Notes under the pieces: model-generated
Seen by the model: the letters and a program-made list of their open reading frames with translations, nothing else
The model's database searches: none
Told to the model about the DNA's origin: nothing
Program-made: the position numbers and the translations under genes
In this document: piece after piece, positions 37,620 to 48,001 of the stretch
Numbering within the stretch: position 1 is the first letter of the stretch
Layout: every line of letters begins with the position of its first letter
Assembly: GCA_045863235.1 (NCBI GenBank)
Contig: BTUM01000054.1
Location: 1-54,729, forward strand
DNA from: Candidatus Xenobia bacterium
GTDB lineage: Bacteria > Vulcanimicrobiota > Xenobia > Xenobiales > QWHO01
Length of the DNA stretch: 54,729 nt
Reading direction: 5' to 3'

Positions 37620-39818
37620 ATGATTCACAGCACCGATACGAGAAGCAGCGCGGTTGCGGCCGCTCATTCCTGGAACGGCGAGACCGCCGCCAACGGCAAG
37701 AAGCCCGAGCGCGTCGACCAGTTCTACGCCGCCGACGTGTTCAGCATCGGGGAGATGCGCCAGCGTCTGCCCAAGAACGTATTCAAGAAATTCATGAGCA
37801 CCTTCGAGTCGGGTCACCCGCTGTCGAGCGACGTCGCCGACGTGATCGCCTCGGCCATGAAAGACTGGGCTATCGAGAACGGGGCCACGCACTACACCCA
37901 CTGGTTCCAGCCCCTGACCGGCAGCACGGCCGAAAAGCATGACAGCTTCATCGTGCCTGACTCTCATGGCGGGATGCACTTCAGCCTGAGCGGCTCGGAG
38001 CTGACCAAGGGCGAGCCGGATGCCTCCAGCTTCCCGTCGGGCGGCCTGCGGGCGACCTTCGAGGCCCGCGGCTACACCGCCTGGGATCCGACCAGCCCGG
38101 CTTTCTTGATGCGCGGGAAGAACCACGTGACGCTGGTGATCCCCACCGCCTTCGTCTCCTGGACCGGCCACGCGCTCGACCACAAGACCCCGCTGCTGCG
38201 CTCGATGGACGCGGTGTCGCACCACGCCATCCGCATCCTGAAGATGTTCGACGCCGCCGAAGGTGTCACCCGAGTGGTCACCACGCTGGGCTGCGAGCAG
38301 GAGTACTTCCTGGTGGACCGCCACCTTTACTATGCGCGGCCCGACCTCGTCACCTGCGAGCGCACCCTGTTCGGAGCCAAGCCGCCCAAGGGCCAGCAGA
38401 TGGAGGACCACTACTTCGGCTCCATCCCGCCCCGGGTGCTGGCCTTCATGGCCGAGGTCGAGCGCGAGCTCTACCGCGTCGGGGTGCCGGTCAAGACCCG
38501 CCACAACGAGGTGGCCCCGGGCCAGTTCGAGATCGCCCCGATCTTCGAGACCACCAACGTGGCCTGTGACCACCAGATGCTCACCATGGAGACGCTGCGT
38601 CGCGTGGCCCCGCGCTATGGGATGCAGGTGTTGCTGCACGAGAAGCCCTTCGCCGGGGTCAACGGCTCGGGCAAGCACAACAACTGGTCCATGGTCACCA
38701 ACAACGGCCACAACCTGCTCGACCCGCAGGACGACACCCATTCCAACACGCTGTTCCTGCTGTTCCTGTGCGCCGTGATCCGGGCGGTGGACATGCACGG
38801 AGACCTGCTGCGCTCCTCGGTGGCCAGTTCGGGCAACGACCATCGCCTGGGCGCCAACGAGGCGCCGCCCGCCATCATGTCGATCTTCCTGGGCGACATG
38901 CTGACCGACATCGTGGAGCAGCTCGAGAAGGGCACCAGCGCTCGCACCCTCAAGGGCGGCACGCTGGACCTGGGCTCCCGAACCCTGCCCCAGATCCCCC
39001 GCGACTCGGGCGACCGCAACCGCACCTCGCCTTTCGCCTTCACCGGCAACAAGTTCGAGTTCCGGGCGGTGGGCTCGTCGCAGTCGGTGGCCTGGCCCAA
39101 CACGGTCTTGAACACCATCGTGGCCGACTCGCTCAACCACATCGCCAACGAGCTCGAGAAGCGCTGCAAGAGCGATGCCTCCCCCAAGGCCAGGCGCGAG
39201 GCGGCTCAGAAGGTCATGCAGGAGATCATCCGCAAGCACAAGCGCATCATCTTCGGTGGCGACAACTACAGCGACGAGTGGCACGCCGAGGCCAAGAAGC
39301 GCGGGCTTCCCAACCTCAAGGACTGCACCACCGCCATCCCCGCTCTGGGGAGCGACAAGAACGTCAAGCTGTTCGAGAAGTTCAAGGTCCTGACGCGTGA
39401 AGAGGTCGAGAGCCGCGTGCACATCTTCATGGAGAAGTACGCCAAGGAGCTCTTGATCGAGTCCGAGGCCATGGTGCTGATCGGCCGCCAGAACATCCTG
39501 GGCGCCGCCCTGGCCCACCAGACGGCACTGGCCCACGCGGTCACAGCGGCCGAAGTGGCCGGGGTCAAGGCTCCCCAGCAGCGCAAGGCGCTCAAGGAGT
39601 TCGTGGACCTCGTCGAGCGCTACGTGCAGGCGCTGGACAAGCTCGACCGGGCCGACGACCATCACGAGCACGACCATCTCAAGTATGCCAGGTACATGAA
39701 GGAGAAGGTCCTCCCGCTCATGCAGGAAGTGCGCGCGCTGGCCGACGAGCTCGAGACCAGGGTCTCCTCCGACCTCTGGCCGCTTCCGTCCTATCGCGAG
39801 TTGCTCTTCGTGAAGTAG
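37620..39818 (+). CDS. glnN: glutamine synthetase type III
   Basis: [82 protein letters not shown]. Confidence 0.97.
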   Translation: MIHSTDTRSSAVAAAHSWNGETAANGKKPERVDQFYAADVFSIGEMRQRLPKNVFKKFMSTFESGHPLSSDVADVIASAMKDWAIENGATHYTHWFQPLTGSTAEKHDSFIVPDSHGGMHFSLSGSELTKGEPDASSFPSGGLRATFEARGYTAWDPTSPAFLMRGKNHVTLVIPTAFVSWTGHALDHKTPLLRSMDAVSHHAIRILKMFDAAEGVTRVVTTLGCEQEYFLVDRHLYYARPDLVTCERTLFGAKPPKGQQMEDHYFGSIPPRVLAFMAEVERELYRVGVPVKTRHNEVAPGQFEIAPIFETTNVACDHQMLTMETLRRVAPRYGMQVLLHEKPFAGVNGSGKHNNWSMVTNNGHNLLDPQDDTHSNTLFLLFLCAVIRAVDMHGDLLRSSVASSGNDHRLGANEAPPAIMSIFLGDMLTDIVEQLEKGTSARTLKGGTLDLGSRTLPQIPRDSGDRNRTSPFAFTGNKFEFRAVGSSQSVAWPNTVLNTIVADSLNHIANELEKRCKSDASPKARREAAQKVMQEIIRKHKRIIFGGDNYSDEWHAEAKKRGLPNLKDCTTAIPALGSDKNVKLFEKFKVLTREEVESRVHIFMEKYAKELLIESEAMVLIGRQNILGAALAHQTALAHAVTAAEVAGVKAPQQRKALKEFVDLVERYVQALDKLDRADDHHEHDHLKYARYMKEKVLPLMQEVRALADELETRVSSDLWPLPSYRELLFVK

Positions 39819-39830
39819 GCAGTGACCTGC

Positions 39831-39865
39831 AAGAACGGCCGGCTGAGAAGCCGGCCGTTCTTTAT
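39831..39865 (+). terminator. rho-independent terminator of glnN
   Basis: aagaacggccggct-gaga-agccggccgttctt followed by tatt. Confidence 0.85.
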
Positions 39866-40069
39866 TAGCCAGGTCGTTGTGGTCGATTGGGATCGCCCCT
39901 GGCTCCGATAACGCTCATCGGGGGACCAGCTCGCCGCTACCCCCGATCCAGCCCCGTGCCACGAGAACCTGCATTAAATAAGGCTCTGCGCCATGCGTCA
40001 CCATGCCCCATAAGCATAGAGAGCAGTTCCCCCTCAGGGATTGTCCGCCTCGATCCCGAACCCGCCAGA

Positions 40070-40495
40070 ATGCAGCACCTGCTCCAACACTGGGCCCGCC
40101 TTTGGGACATTGAGCCGCTAGATTGTGAGGTCCGATTCAGTTCTCGTCTCCGAACTTCCCTGGGCCGATGCCAGCCGGGCATCATCCGCCTCCACCAGAA
40201 GCTGCAGACCGAATGGCATGACCTCCTGCCCGAAGTCCTCTGCCATGAATACGCGCATCTAGTCGCAGAAAAACTCTACGGACACAAAGTGAGACCGCAC
40301 GGCCCAGAGTGGGCAAGCCTCGTAGCAAAAGCTGGCTTCACTCCACGCCGCAGACTCCCGATATCGCAACCGCCGCAGCCCCCAACAAGTCTCCACCAAC
40401 ACCGCTGCCCCGTCTGCCAAGCCGCACGACCTGCACGCACCACGCGCCAAATCTGGAGGTGCGCAACCTGCAGAGTGCCGATGGTGGTCGAGTGA
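40070..40495 (+). CDS. SprT-like zinc metalloprotease with C-terminal zinc ribbon
   Basis: FSSRLRTSLGR, LCHEYAHL (HExxH), HGPEW, CPVC...CATC; start uncertain. Confidence 0.8.
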   Translation: MQHLLQHWARLWDIEPLDCEVRFSSRLRTSLGRCQPGIIRLHQKLQTEWHDLLPEVLCHEYAHLVAEKLYGHKVRPHGPEWASLVAKAGFTPRRRLPISQPPQPPTSLHQHRCPVCQAARPARTTRQIWRCATCRVPMVVE

Positions 40496-43400
40496 ACCCC
40501 TGCCCGTTCTGCCGGCCAGACCCTGACCACGTCTTCCACCAGAGCGACAAAGTCCTCGGCATGTGGGATGCCTTCCCGGTGGCACCCGGACATGCTCTCC
40601 TCGTGACCAAGCGCCATGTCGCCGACTGGTTCTCCGCCAGCTCGGCAGAGCAACGTGAGCTGCTCGAATCCATACCGATCGCCAGAGATGCCATCCTTGA
40701 ACGCCACTCCCCCGATGGCTTCAACGTCGGCTGGAACGCAGGTGAGGCTGCCGGGCAGACCATCCCGCACCTGCACGTCCACGTCATCCCCCGCTACCGC
40801 GGCGACACGCCCGACCCCCGCGGCGGCGTGCGCAACGTCATCCCCGCCAAGGGAAACTACCTCGCAGGACCCCGACTCACCACCGGACTCCAAGACGACC
40901 ACCTCTTGCAGCAGCTCCACCGCCATCTCGACCACGCGTATCGAGTCGACATCGCCGTCAGCTTCGTCCAGATTTCGGGAATCGCCCAAGTCGAGGATCG
41001 TCTGGTCGACCTGCTCGAGCGCCGAGGCACCCTCCGGCTCATCACCGGCGACTACCTCGGCATCACCGACCCGGATGCTCTCGTCAGGCTCATGGACCTC
41101 CAGGCCCGTTACCCGGACAACGTCAAGCTCCACGTGTTCGAGGCCCGTAAGCAAGGATTTCACCCCAAAGCCTACCTTTTCGTGCAGCAAGGCGGTGAAG
41201 CCACAGCCTTCGTCGGAAGCTCCAACCTGAGCGGGCCCGCCCTCAGCGGCGCGATCGAGTGGAACTACAGGCTGGCAGAAGCGCACGAGGTGGAAGAGGC
41301 CTTCAACGCGCTGCTCAGCCGCACCGTCCCGCTAACCCAGCAGTGGATCGATGACTACCGCGACAGACGCGTCATCCCCACGACCCCTGGCGGCGCATCG
41401 CTCGTCACAGACCGAAGCGACATTGCAACTGAAGAACTACCGCCCCCGCCGGAACCTCATGGCGTTCAAGCGGAAGCGCTCGCTGCGCTCGAAGCCACGC
41501 GCCAGGCCGGGAACCGCGCCGGGCTCGTCGTGCTCGCGACCGGACTCGGGAAGACCTATCTGGCAGCTTTCGACAGCCTGCCGTTCCCCCGGGTGCTCTT
41601 CGTCGCCCATCGACGCGAGATTTTGGTGCAGGCGATGCGCGCCTTCCGAAGCCTGCGGCCGCACGCGACCTTCGGGCTCTACGACGGCATCGAGCGAGTA
41701 CCCAACGCTGACCTGCTCTTTGCCTCCATCCAGACCCTCGGACGGCTGCCTCACCTTCGCCAGTTCCAGCGCGACGCGTTCGACTACATCGTCGTGGATG
41801 AGTTTCATCACGCCTATGCCACCACGTACAGACGCTTGCTCGAGCACTTCCAGCCCCGCTTTATGCTCGGGCTGACCGCCACTCCTGAGCGGACCGACGG
41901 AGGCGACCTGCTGGCCCTCTGTGGCCAGAACCTCGTCTTTCGTTGCGACCTCGTCGAGGGTATCCGCCGAGACCTGCTGGCACCGTTCCACTACTTTGGC
42001 GTCCCCGACCTCATCGACTACCAGAACATCCCCTGGCGCAACGGACGGTGGGACCCGGAGGCACTCGAGAACGCAGTCATCGTGGAAGCCCGTGACGCCA
42101 ACGCGCTTGAGAACTATCGCAAATGGGGCGGGCAACGCTGTCTCGCGTTCTGTTGCTCCGTGCGCCACGCTGCCCACATGGCCGAGTACTTCAATGACAA
42201 CGGCGTACGCTCCGTAGCTGTCTTCTCAGGGCCTGACAGCGCTCCTCGCTCGGAGTCACTGGAGCGCCTGGGCCAGGGAGAGCTCGATATCTTATGCTGC
42301 GTCGACATGTTCAATGAGGGCGTCGACTTGCCCAACATCGATACCGTGCTGATGCTGAGACCCACGGAGTCGCGCATCATCTGGCTCCAGCAGCTCGGTC
42401 GCGGACTCCGGCGCGCCGAGGGGAAGTCCCACCTGCGCGTGATCGACTACATCGGCAATCACAGAACCTTCTTGCTGAAGCCCCTGACCCTGTTCGGACT
42501 AGCCTCCAGCGACGCACAACTGGCTCGCTGTTTCGAGATGCTTCGCAATGGCGAGGTCCCGGACGGACTCCCGCCAGGCTGCGAGGTGACCTACGACCTG
42601 CACGCCATCGACCTGATGCAGGGCCTGCTGCGCCTCGACAAGGGTCACGCACTTCGCGCCTACTACGACCAGTTCCAGGAGCTGCACGGCCGGCGGCCAT
42701 CTGCCGTCGAGGCCTATCAGGATGGGTACAATCCGCGATCGGTCGCGCCCTGGTTGGGCTACGTTCGCGACGCGGACTCTCTCGACCCAGAGCAAAAGCA
42801 AGTCTTGCAAGACTCCGGTGCCTTCCTGACGGAGTTGGAGAAGACCAGCATGACCAAGAGCTACAAAATGTTGATCGTCCAAGCCATGCTCAACCTGGAT
42901 GCACTGCCTGGTGCCGTCTCTGTCGACGAGCTGACCGATGAGTTCGGCCGGCTCGCTGGTCGCAGCGCGCTTCTGGTAAGAGACCTCAGCGTCTCTCTCG
43001 AGGACCGGGCCAGGCTCAAAACGCTCGTCCTGAAGAATCCCATCAACGCGTGGACGAGCGGACCTTTCTTTCGCCTGGCAGATTCCCGCCTCGAGACCAC
43101 ATTTCGGATAATCGACGAGCAACGCACGATATTCCAGGAGTTTGCACGAGAGATCGTGGACTGGCGGCTCGCGGAGTATCTCGACCGCCCAGGGCAGAAT
43201 GTGGGGGAGGTGAAAGTCGAGTGTCGCGTCAGCCATTCGGACGGCAAGCCGATCATCCGACTACCATCGCGTCAACAGGTCGAGGCGCTGCCGAGCGGTT
43301 GGACACCCGTGCTGGTCGATGGGGAAACCTATTACGGAAACTTCGTCAAGATTGCGCTCAACGTCATGGCCCGGGAGCCGGAAGGAGCCAACGTGCTCCC

Positions 43401-43518
43401 GGAGCTCCTGCGCAAATGGTATGGCCCTGACGCTGGCTTGCCCGGGACCCGACACAATGTCGGCCTGAGCTTCGAGCAGGGGTCCTGGCACCTGAAGCCC
43501 CAAGGTCGCGCGTTGTGA
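40492..43518 (+). CDS. HIT hydrolase-PLD nuclease-SF2 (ResIII-like) helicase fusion, SauUSI-like candidate restriction enzyme
   Basis: CPFC, PGHALLV, AGQTIPHLHVHVIPR; FHPKAY, GSSNLS; LATGLGKT, VDEFHH, GLTATPER, DMFNEGVD.P, QQLGRGLR; GTG overlaps the sprT stop. Confidence 0.88.
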   Translation: MNPCPFCRPDPDHVFHQSDKVLGMWDAFPVAPGHALLVTKRHVADWFSASSAEQRELLESIPIARDAILERHSPDGFNVGWNAGEAAGQTIPHLHVHVIPRYRGDTPDPRGGVRNVIPAKGNYLAGPRLTTGLQDDHLLQQLHRHLDHAYRVDIAVSFVQISGIAQVEDRLVDLLERRGTLRLITGDYLGITDPDALVRLMDLQARYPDNVKLHVFEARKQGFHPKAYLFVQQGGEATAFVGSSNLSGPALSGAIEWNYRLAEAHEVEEAFNALLSRTVPLTQQWIDDYRDRRVIPTTPGGASLVTDRSDIATEELPPPPEPHGVQAEALAALEATRQAGNRAGLVVLATGLGKTYLAAFDSLPFPRVLFVAHRREILVQAMRAFRSLRPHATFGLYDGIERVPNADLLFASIQTLGRLPHLRQFQRDAFDYIVVDEFHHAYATTYRRLLEHFQPRFMLGLTATPERTDGGDLLALCGQNLVFRCDLVEGIRRDLLAPFHYFGVPDLIDYQNIPWRNGRWDPEALENAVIVEARDANALENYRKWGGQRCLAFCCSVRHAAHMAEYFNDNGVRSVAVFSGPDSAPRSESLERLGQGELDILCCVDMFNEGVDLPNIDTVLMLRPTESRIIWLQQLGRGLRRAEGKSHLRVIDYIGNHRTFLLKPLTLFGLASSDAQLARCFEMLRNGEVPDGLPPGCEVTYDLHAIDLMQGLLRLDKGHALRAYYDQFQELHGRRPSAVEAYQDGYNPRSVAPWLGYVRDADSLDPEQKQVLQDSGAFLTELEKTSMTKSYKMLIVQAMLNLDALPGAVSVDELTDEFGRLAGRSALLVRDLSVSLEDRARLKTLVLKNPINAWTSGPFFRLADSRLETTFRIIDEQRTIFQEFAREIVDWRLAEYLDRPGQNVGEVKVECRVSHSDGKPIIRLPSRQQVEALPSGWTPVLVDGETYYGNFVKIALNVMAREPEGANVLPELLRKWYGPDAGLPGTRHNVGLSFEQGSWHLKPQGRAL

Positions 43519-43610
43519 CCTGAGGGAAAGCGTGGCGCAAGGATGACACGAATCGTGGTTCGCGCGATCGGTGGGCGATTCCCTCAGAGTACCTGGGTGG
43601 AGCCGGCTTC

Positions 43611-43687
43611 CTCAAGCAGGCCATTGCCCGATCAGTTGCCGCTCAGCATGCGAAGCCGGCCGCCGTGCTCAGCCAGCGTGGACTGAT
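43611..43687 (+). repeat. duplicated copy of the gene-junction sequence at 46220-46313
   Basis: 40-bp exact match 43648-43687 = 46274-46313, plus a 30-bp near match 43611-43640 vs 46220-46249. Confidence 0.85.
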
Positions 43688-43823
43688 GCTTCTAGGAGAG
43701 CGTTGGAGCCCGACACCTGCTGTGCTAGAATGAAGGCCATGAAAGCTCCCCAAGCCTTGCCGTGAGACACCCTGGACGTCGAGGGCACCGTTGGTGGCCG
43801 CGGTAAGGCGCGGAGCTGACGCC

Positions 43824-44420
43824 ATGGGAGGGCGTGTGCTTCGAGGGCCCAAGGTCGAAGCGCGACTCTACACATGGGATCCCGACCGGAGTTCCCTGCG
43901 CTGGGATGGCCCCGTCTACACCGACGACGGCGAGCCGGTCACGGTGTATAACGGCTGGGACCTGGAACCGAGTGTTCAACTCAACCTCATGCAGGAGCGC
44001 AAGGGGCGGCTCACGGACGTGCTCTACTTCCTGGGGCTGAAATTGTTCGTGTCGGAACGCGCCGCGGAGGTCATGCTCGCCAACAGGCCCAGGGGGGTCA
44101 CGGTGCACATGCTGAACCTGCGCCACCGCGACGGCACGCTGCTGAGCGAATACTTCTGGCTGAACGTCCACACCCTGGCGGAACTGCTCGATCGTGAGCG
44201 GTCCGCATTCCGAGAGTGGGAGGTCGGTCGCGGGATCAGTCACATCAGTCACATCGACCGGCTGCACCTGCTCGAGGAGAACATCCCCGACGAGGACCTC
44301 TTCGTGTTCAGGGAGACTGCGCAGGTCGTGTTCTCCTCGCGCCTCGTCAGCGCCGTGACGAGTGCCCGGCTGACGGGCATCAAGTTCGAGCCCATCGGCG
44401 AGGGATACCGGTTTCCGTAG
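43824..44420 (+). CDS. Imm11/DUF1629-like immunity protein
   Basis: LFVSER, YFWLNV...LDRERS, DLFVF, VFSSRL...LTGIKFEPI. Confidence 0.7.
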   Translation: MGGRVLRGPKVEARLYTWDPDRSSLRWDGPVYTDDGEPVTVYNGWDLEPSVQLNLMQERKGRLTDVLYFLGLKLFVSERAAEVMLANRPRGVTVHMLNLRHRDGTLLSEYFWLNVHTLAELLDRERSAFREWEVGRGISHISHIDRLHLLEENIPDEDLFVFRETAQVVFSSRLVSAVTSARLTGIKFEPIGEGYRFP

Positions 44421-44496
44421 CGTGCGATGGGGATCGACTGCAATCTCCTCGCCCGCCTGACCGCGGGGTTGACTGAGGCCCCGATCGACGACTGAG

Positions 44497-45075
44497 TTAG
44501 CCCAGCATCTCCTCCACGTCCAGCGGAGCGGCCGTAAGGGCGCAGGGGGTCACGGTCTGGCCTGGCCGCAGAATCGTCAGGCTCTGATACTTCCAGCCGA
44601 AGAAACCCGAAGGGTCCTCGGCCGGTTCCCTGTAAACCTCGACCTGGCGGTCGGCTACGTTCAGGATCCAGTAGTCGGGGATTTGAGCTCGGGCGTACAG
44701 GCTCGCCTTCTCGGTGCGATCATAGGCCAGAGAGGTGTTGGCCACCTCGATGACCAGCGGCGCCCAGCAGGGTTGACGCTGGCCCATGCGGGCTCCTTTC
44801 CGGGGCACCACGGTGAAGTCGGGCTCAGGCTCGCTGATCCCCGAAACCTCGAGAGGGAGTTGAACCCGGACGAAGTGATCCTTGCCAAATGCGATGACCA
44901 GCACCGTGGTCGTCGAGGCCACGGCGTCGCTGTGGGTCGGATTGTGTGCGCTCAAAGGAACGATGACCCCCTCGATCAGCTCGACACGCTCCCCCTCCCG
45001 GAGCACGCCGGTTTCGGCCATGCGGTTGTATTCGTCCACGGTGAATTGGCGCTGATGAACGTGCAGAAGCGTCAT
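44497..45075 (-). CDS. Uma2 family endonuclease
   Basis: FTVDEYNRM..G...ERVELIEG, SEPEPD, LVIEVANTSLAYDR..KASLYARAQIPDYWILN. Confidence 0.92.
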   Translation of the reverse strand: MTLLHVHQRQFTVDEYNRMAETGVLREGERVELIEGVIVPLSAHNPTHSDAVASTTTVLVIAFGKDHFVRVQLPLEVSGISEPEPDFTVVPRKGARMGQRQPCWAPLVIEVANTSLAYDRTEKASLYARAQIPDYWILNVADRQVEVYREPAEDPSGFFGWKYQSLTILRPGQTVTPCALTAAPLDVEEMLG

Positions 45076-45289
45076 GGGTAAAGGATAGCGCAGGCGGTCG
45101 GACGGCGCAAGGACGAGGTCCATCCCCATTCGCGCTGCCCGCGAAGCTCGACAGACCTGATGCCAGATTAAATGATCTGCTGTCCAGGGGGGCTTTGTTG
45201 CTCCCGGGCGCCCAGCGAACGTCGCCCGGTTCGTTCCCCTCGACCCTGCTGTAGCATGGTTTCGTGTCACCGAAAGACAGGAGGAAACC

Positions 45290-46252
45290 ATGACCGAACG
45301 GTTCGAGATTTTGCCAACGCGCTGGGGTGTGCTGGGCGCCCTGACGGGAGGGCTGGCGCTGGCGGGATTGCTGGCCTTCGTTCCCGAGTGGCGAAGCTAT
45401 CCGCTGTTACAGGTGTCGCTCCTGGTGGCGAGCGTCTGGGTCTTCGCAAGCCTTTACTACCCGCTCTGGCTGGTCATCGACCGCCAGGCCCGCAGCTTCA
45501 CCCTGGCCGGCCTGTTTGGGACCCGTTTTGCGGGCGCTCTGGATGAGGTCAGGCAGGTCACCCTGATTCCGGAGGTTCGCGGTGTGGGTCGCAATCGCAA
45601 GAAGGTCTTCCCGGTGGTGCTGGTGGCTGGTGGCTACACCTTCGAGGTGAGCGCTGACACGGATTACCTGGGTGCTCGTCGCCTCTCGGAAAGGCTGGCC
45701 GGTCCTCTGGGCGCAAGGATCCTCGACAGCGGAATGGGGGAAACCATTGTGCGCTCCGCGGGCACGTTGCAGCGGCGCTGGGTTCAGTCGGTGCCCGCCT
45801 CCGGGGAAGCGCTGCCGCCTGCTCCCGTGCGACTCAAAGTTTTGCGCCAGGGTGGCAAGCTGGCCGTGCGCCTGCCTGGCCAGCACCCCCTGTACTGGTC
45901 GCTGGCCATTTTGCTCGCCCTGGGAGCGACCGCGCTCCCGGTCTTCCTGTTGGGCAGCGATCTCACCGGGGTGCTGGCCGTTGCAGGCGGCATGGGTCTG
46001 GTGGTGCTGCTGGCGGCCGCCTGGGTTCTGGCTCCGCCCGTGGTGGAGGCGGCTCCCGGCCGACTGGCGGTCCGCTATCCGCTCGGCTTGCGCGATCACG
46101 TGGACCTCGACGGTCTGGAGGAGATCCGACTCGATCTTGAGCACGGCGGCTTGCTCTTGATCGGTGACGCGCAGCTGGTGCGCCTCTGGTCGCCGCTCGA
46201 AGAATACGAAGTCGACTGGCTCAAGCAAGCCATTGCCCGAGCAGTTGCCTGA
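45290..46252 (+). CDS. hypothetical membrane protein (two TM-pair plus soluble-domain units)
   Basis: RBS aggagg, 320 aa, two hydrophobic hairpins. Confidence 0.7.
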   Translation: MTERFEILPTRWGVLGALTGGLALAGLLAFVPEWRSYPLLQVSLLVASVWVFASLYYPLWLVIDRQARSFTLAGLFGTRFAGALDEVRQVTLIPEVRGVGRNRKKVFPVVLVAGGYTFEVSADTDYLGARRLSERLAGPLGARILDSGMGETIVRSAGTLQRRWVQSVPASGEALPPAPVRLKVLRQGGKLAVRLPGQHPLYWSLAILLALGATALPVFLLGSDLTGVLAVAGGMGLVVLLAAAWVLAPPVVEAAPGRLAVRYPLGLRDHVDLDGLEEIRLDLEHGGLLLIGDAQLVRLWSPLEEYEVDWLKQAIARAVA

Positions 46253-46290
46253 AAACAGGTTTGCCGGCTTAGAATGCGAAGCCGGCCGCC

Positions 46291-47376
46291 GTGCTCAGCC
46301 AGCGTGGACTGATCCTTCTGGGACTGCTGACGGTCGGGGCGATCCTCGCCGACCGGCTCGAGGCGCCGCCATGGCTGGTGTTCATCCTGTCGGGGCTGTG
46401 CATGCTGCCTCTTGGCTCGGCCCTGGCCCGGGCCTCGGAAGATCTGGCCGAGCACATGGGCCCGGGCCCGGGGGCGTTGCTCAACGCCACTTTCGGCAAC
46501 GCCCCCGAGCTGGTGATCCTGTTTGTGGCCTTGAACAAAGGGCTGCTGGACGTGGTCAAGGCGACTTTGTCCGGCTCCATCCTGGCCAACCTGCTGCTGG
46601 TGCTGGGCCTGAGCGCCGTGGTGGGAGGGCTGCGCTACAAGTTTCTCAACCTGCACCCTCTGGGCGCCGCCGCCAACCTGGGCACCCTCACGCTGGTGGT
46701 GGCCGCCCTGCTCTTCCCGGCCGTCTTTGCGGCCCTGCCCCCACCGCTCGGGGCCGATCCCGTCAGCGAGCGCATCGAGGACCTCAGCCTGGGCACCGCG
46801 GCCACTCTGTTGCTGGTTTACGCCCTGAGCCTGATCTTCATGTTCCGCACCCACTCCGAGCAGCTCAAGGACAGCGTCAAGCTGAGCGTCAAGGTCGAGC
46901 TGGCCAAACTCCGCGCCCACGCCCCCCCGCGCAAGGCCATCGCCTGGATTGCCGGCTGCGTGGCTCTGGTGGTGATCCTGAGCGAGCAGCTCGTCGACGC
47001 CACCGACAGCCTGGTGGACGCCTATCACCTGCCCCCGCTCTTCATGGGCGTGGTCGGGCTGGCGCTGGTGGGCAACGCCGCCGATTACTCCTCGGCCATC
47101 CAGATGGCCTGGAAGAACAAGCTCGATCTGGCCTTCCGGGTGGCCACAGGGGCGGCTCTTCAGGTGGCTCTCTTCGTGGCCCCGGTGCTGGTGATCGCCA
47201 GCCGCTTCACGCCCCATCCGCTCAACTTGAACTTCTCGCCCCTGGAGGTGCTGTCGGTGGCCCTGGCGGTGGTGACCGTGACCGCCCACAGCTCCGACAA
47301 TGCCTTTACCTGGTATGAGGGAGCCCAACTGCTGGCTCTCTACGTGATCATCGGGCTGGCCTTCTTCTTCTACTGA
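46291..47376 (+). CDS. cax: calcium/proton exchanger (CaCA family)
   Basis: LLNATFGNAPEL, GSILANLLLVLG, LVGNAAD, ALQVALFVAP, WYEGAQLL. Confidence 0.92.
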   Translation: MLSQRGLILLGLLTVGAILADRLEAPPWLVFILSGLCMLPLGSALARASEDLAEHMGPGPGALLNATFGNAPELVILFVALNKGLLDVVKATLSGSILANLLLVLGLSAVVGGLRYKFLNLHPLGAAANLGTLTLVVAALLFPAVFAALPPPLGADPVSERIEDLSLGTAATLLLVYALSLIFMFRTHSEQLKDSVKLSVKVELAKLRAHAPPRKAIAWIAGCVALVVILSEQLVDATDSLVDAYHLPPLFMGVVGLALVGNAADYSSAIQMAWKNKLDLAFRVATGAALQVALFVAPVLVIASRFTPHPLNLNFSPLEVLSVALAVVTVTAHSSDNAFTWYEGAQLLALYVIIGLAFFFY

Positions 47377-47406
47377 GCGGCAGGCGGCGCGAAGCCTTTG
47401 CTTGAA

Positions 47407-47604
47407 ATGAAACCTATGGAAAAGGCCAGGATCGTCGTCGTGGATTCTTTCGAGGAAGCCGACCGACAGGATCGAGAGCTCTTCTGGTCAATGACCCCAC
47501 TGCAGCGCTGGGAGATCATGGAGGAGTTGCGCCGAAGGAATTACGGCGATGAGGCCGTTTCCTCCCGACTTCTCAGACTTCTTGAGGTTGCTGAACGACC
47601 ATGA
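47407..47604 (+). CDS. small hypothetical protein, putative partner of the downstream nucleotidyltransferase
   Basis: SFEEADRQD..FWSMTPLQRWEIMEELRR; overlaps the next gene; start uncertain. Confidence 0.65.
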   Translation: MKPMEKARIVVVDSFEEADRQDRELFWSMTPLQRWEIMEELRRRNYGDEAVSSRLLRLLEVAERP

Positions 47605-47995
47605 GGTCGATTATCTCCTGATTGGCGGCTATGCGGTGGGTTTCCATGGTTACCCGCGAGCGACAGGGGATATGGATATCTGGGTGGGCGTCTCGGAGAA
47701 AACCGCTCAGCGATTGGTCGAGGTGCTGACAGAGTTCGGCTTCTCCGAGGGAGTAACCCAAGAGCTTTTCTTGCGACCTCGCTGCATCGTTCGACTCGGA
47801 CATCCGCCCAACCGGCTTGAGGTGACCACCTTCATCGACGGAGTCGGATTCGAGGACTGCTATCAGCGTCGCATCATTGCCCACGCCGGAGAAGTTCCGG
47901 TGAACGTGATCGGCCTGGACGATCTTCGCAAGAACAAGAAGGCTTCCGGCAGGCACAAGGACCTGGCCGACCTGGAGAACCTTCCCGAATCCTGA
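47549..47995 (+). CDS. nucleotidyltransferase (DUF6036-like)
   Basis: YLLIGGYAVGFHGYPRATGDMDIWV, NKKASGRHKDLADLE. Confidence 0.85.
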   Translation: MRPFPPDFSDFLRLLNDHEVDYLLIGGYAVGFHGYPRATGDMDIWVGVSEKTAQRLVEVLTEFGFSEGVTQELFLRPRCIVRLGHPPNRLEVTTFIDGVGFEDCYQRRIIAHAGEVPVNVIGLDDLRKNKKASGRHKDLADLENLPES

Positions 47996-48001
47996 GCCGC
48001 T

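Noticed and set aside
40309..40491. N-terminal extension of the HIT-PLD-helicase ORF
   Set aside because: Overlaps sprT in another frame; the HIT domain begins at GTG 40492 (NPCPFC)
39870..45290. Integron cassette array or prophage
   Set aside because: No integrase, no convincing attC sites and no phage structural genes; only weak short inverted matches
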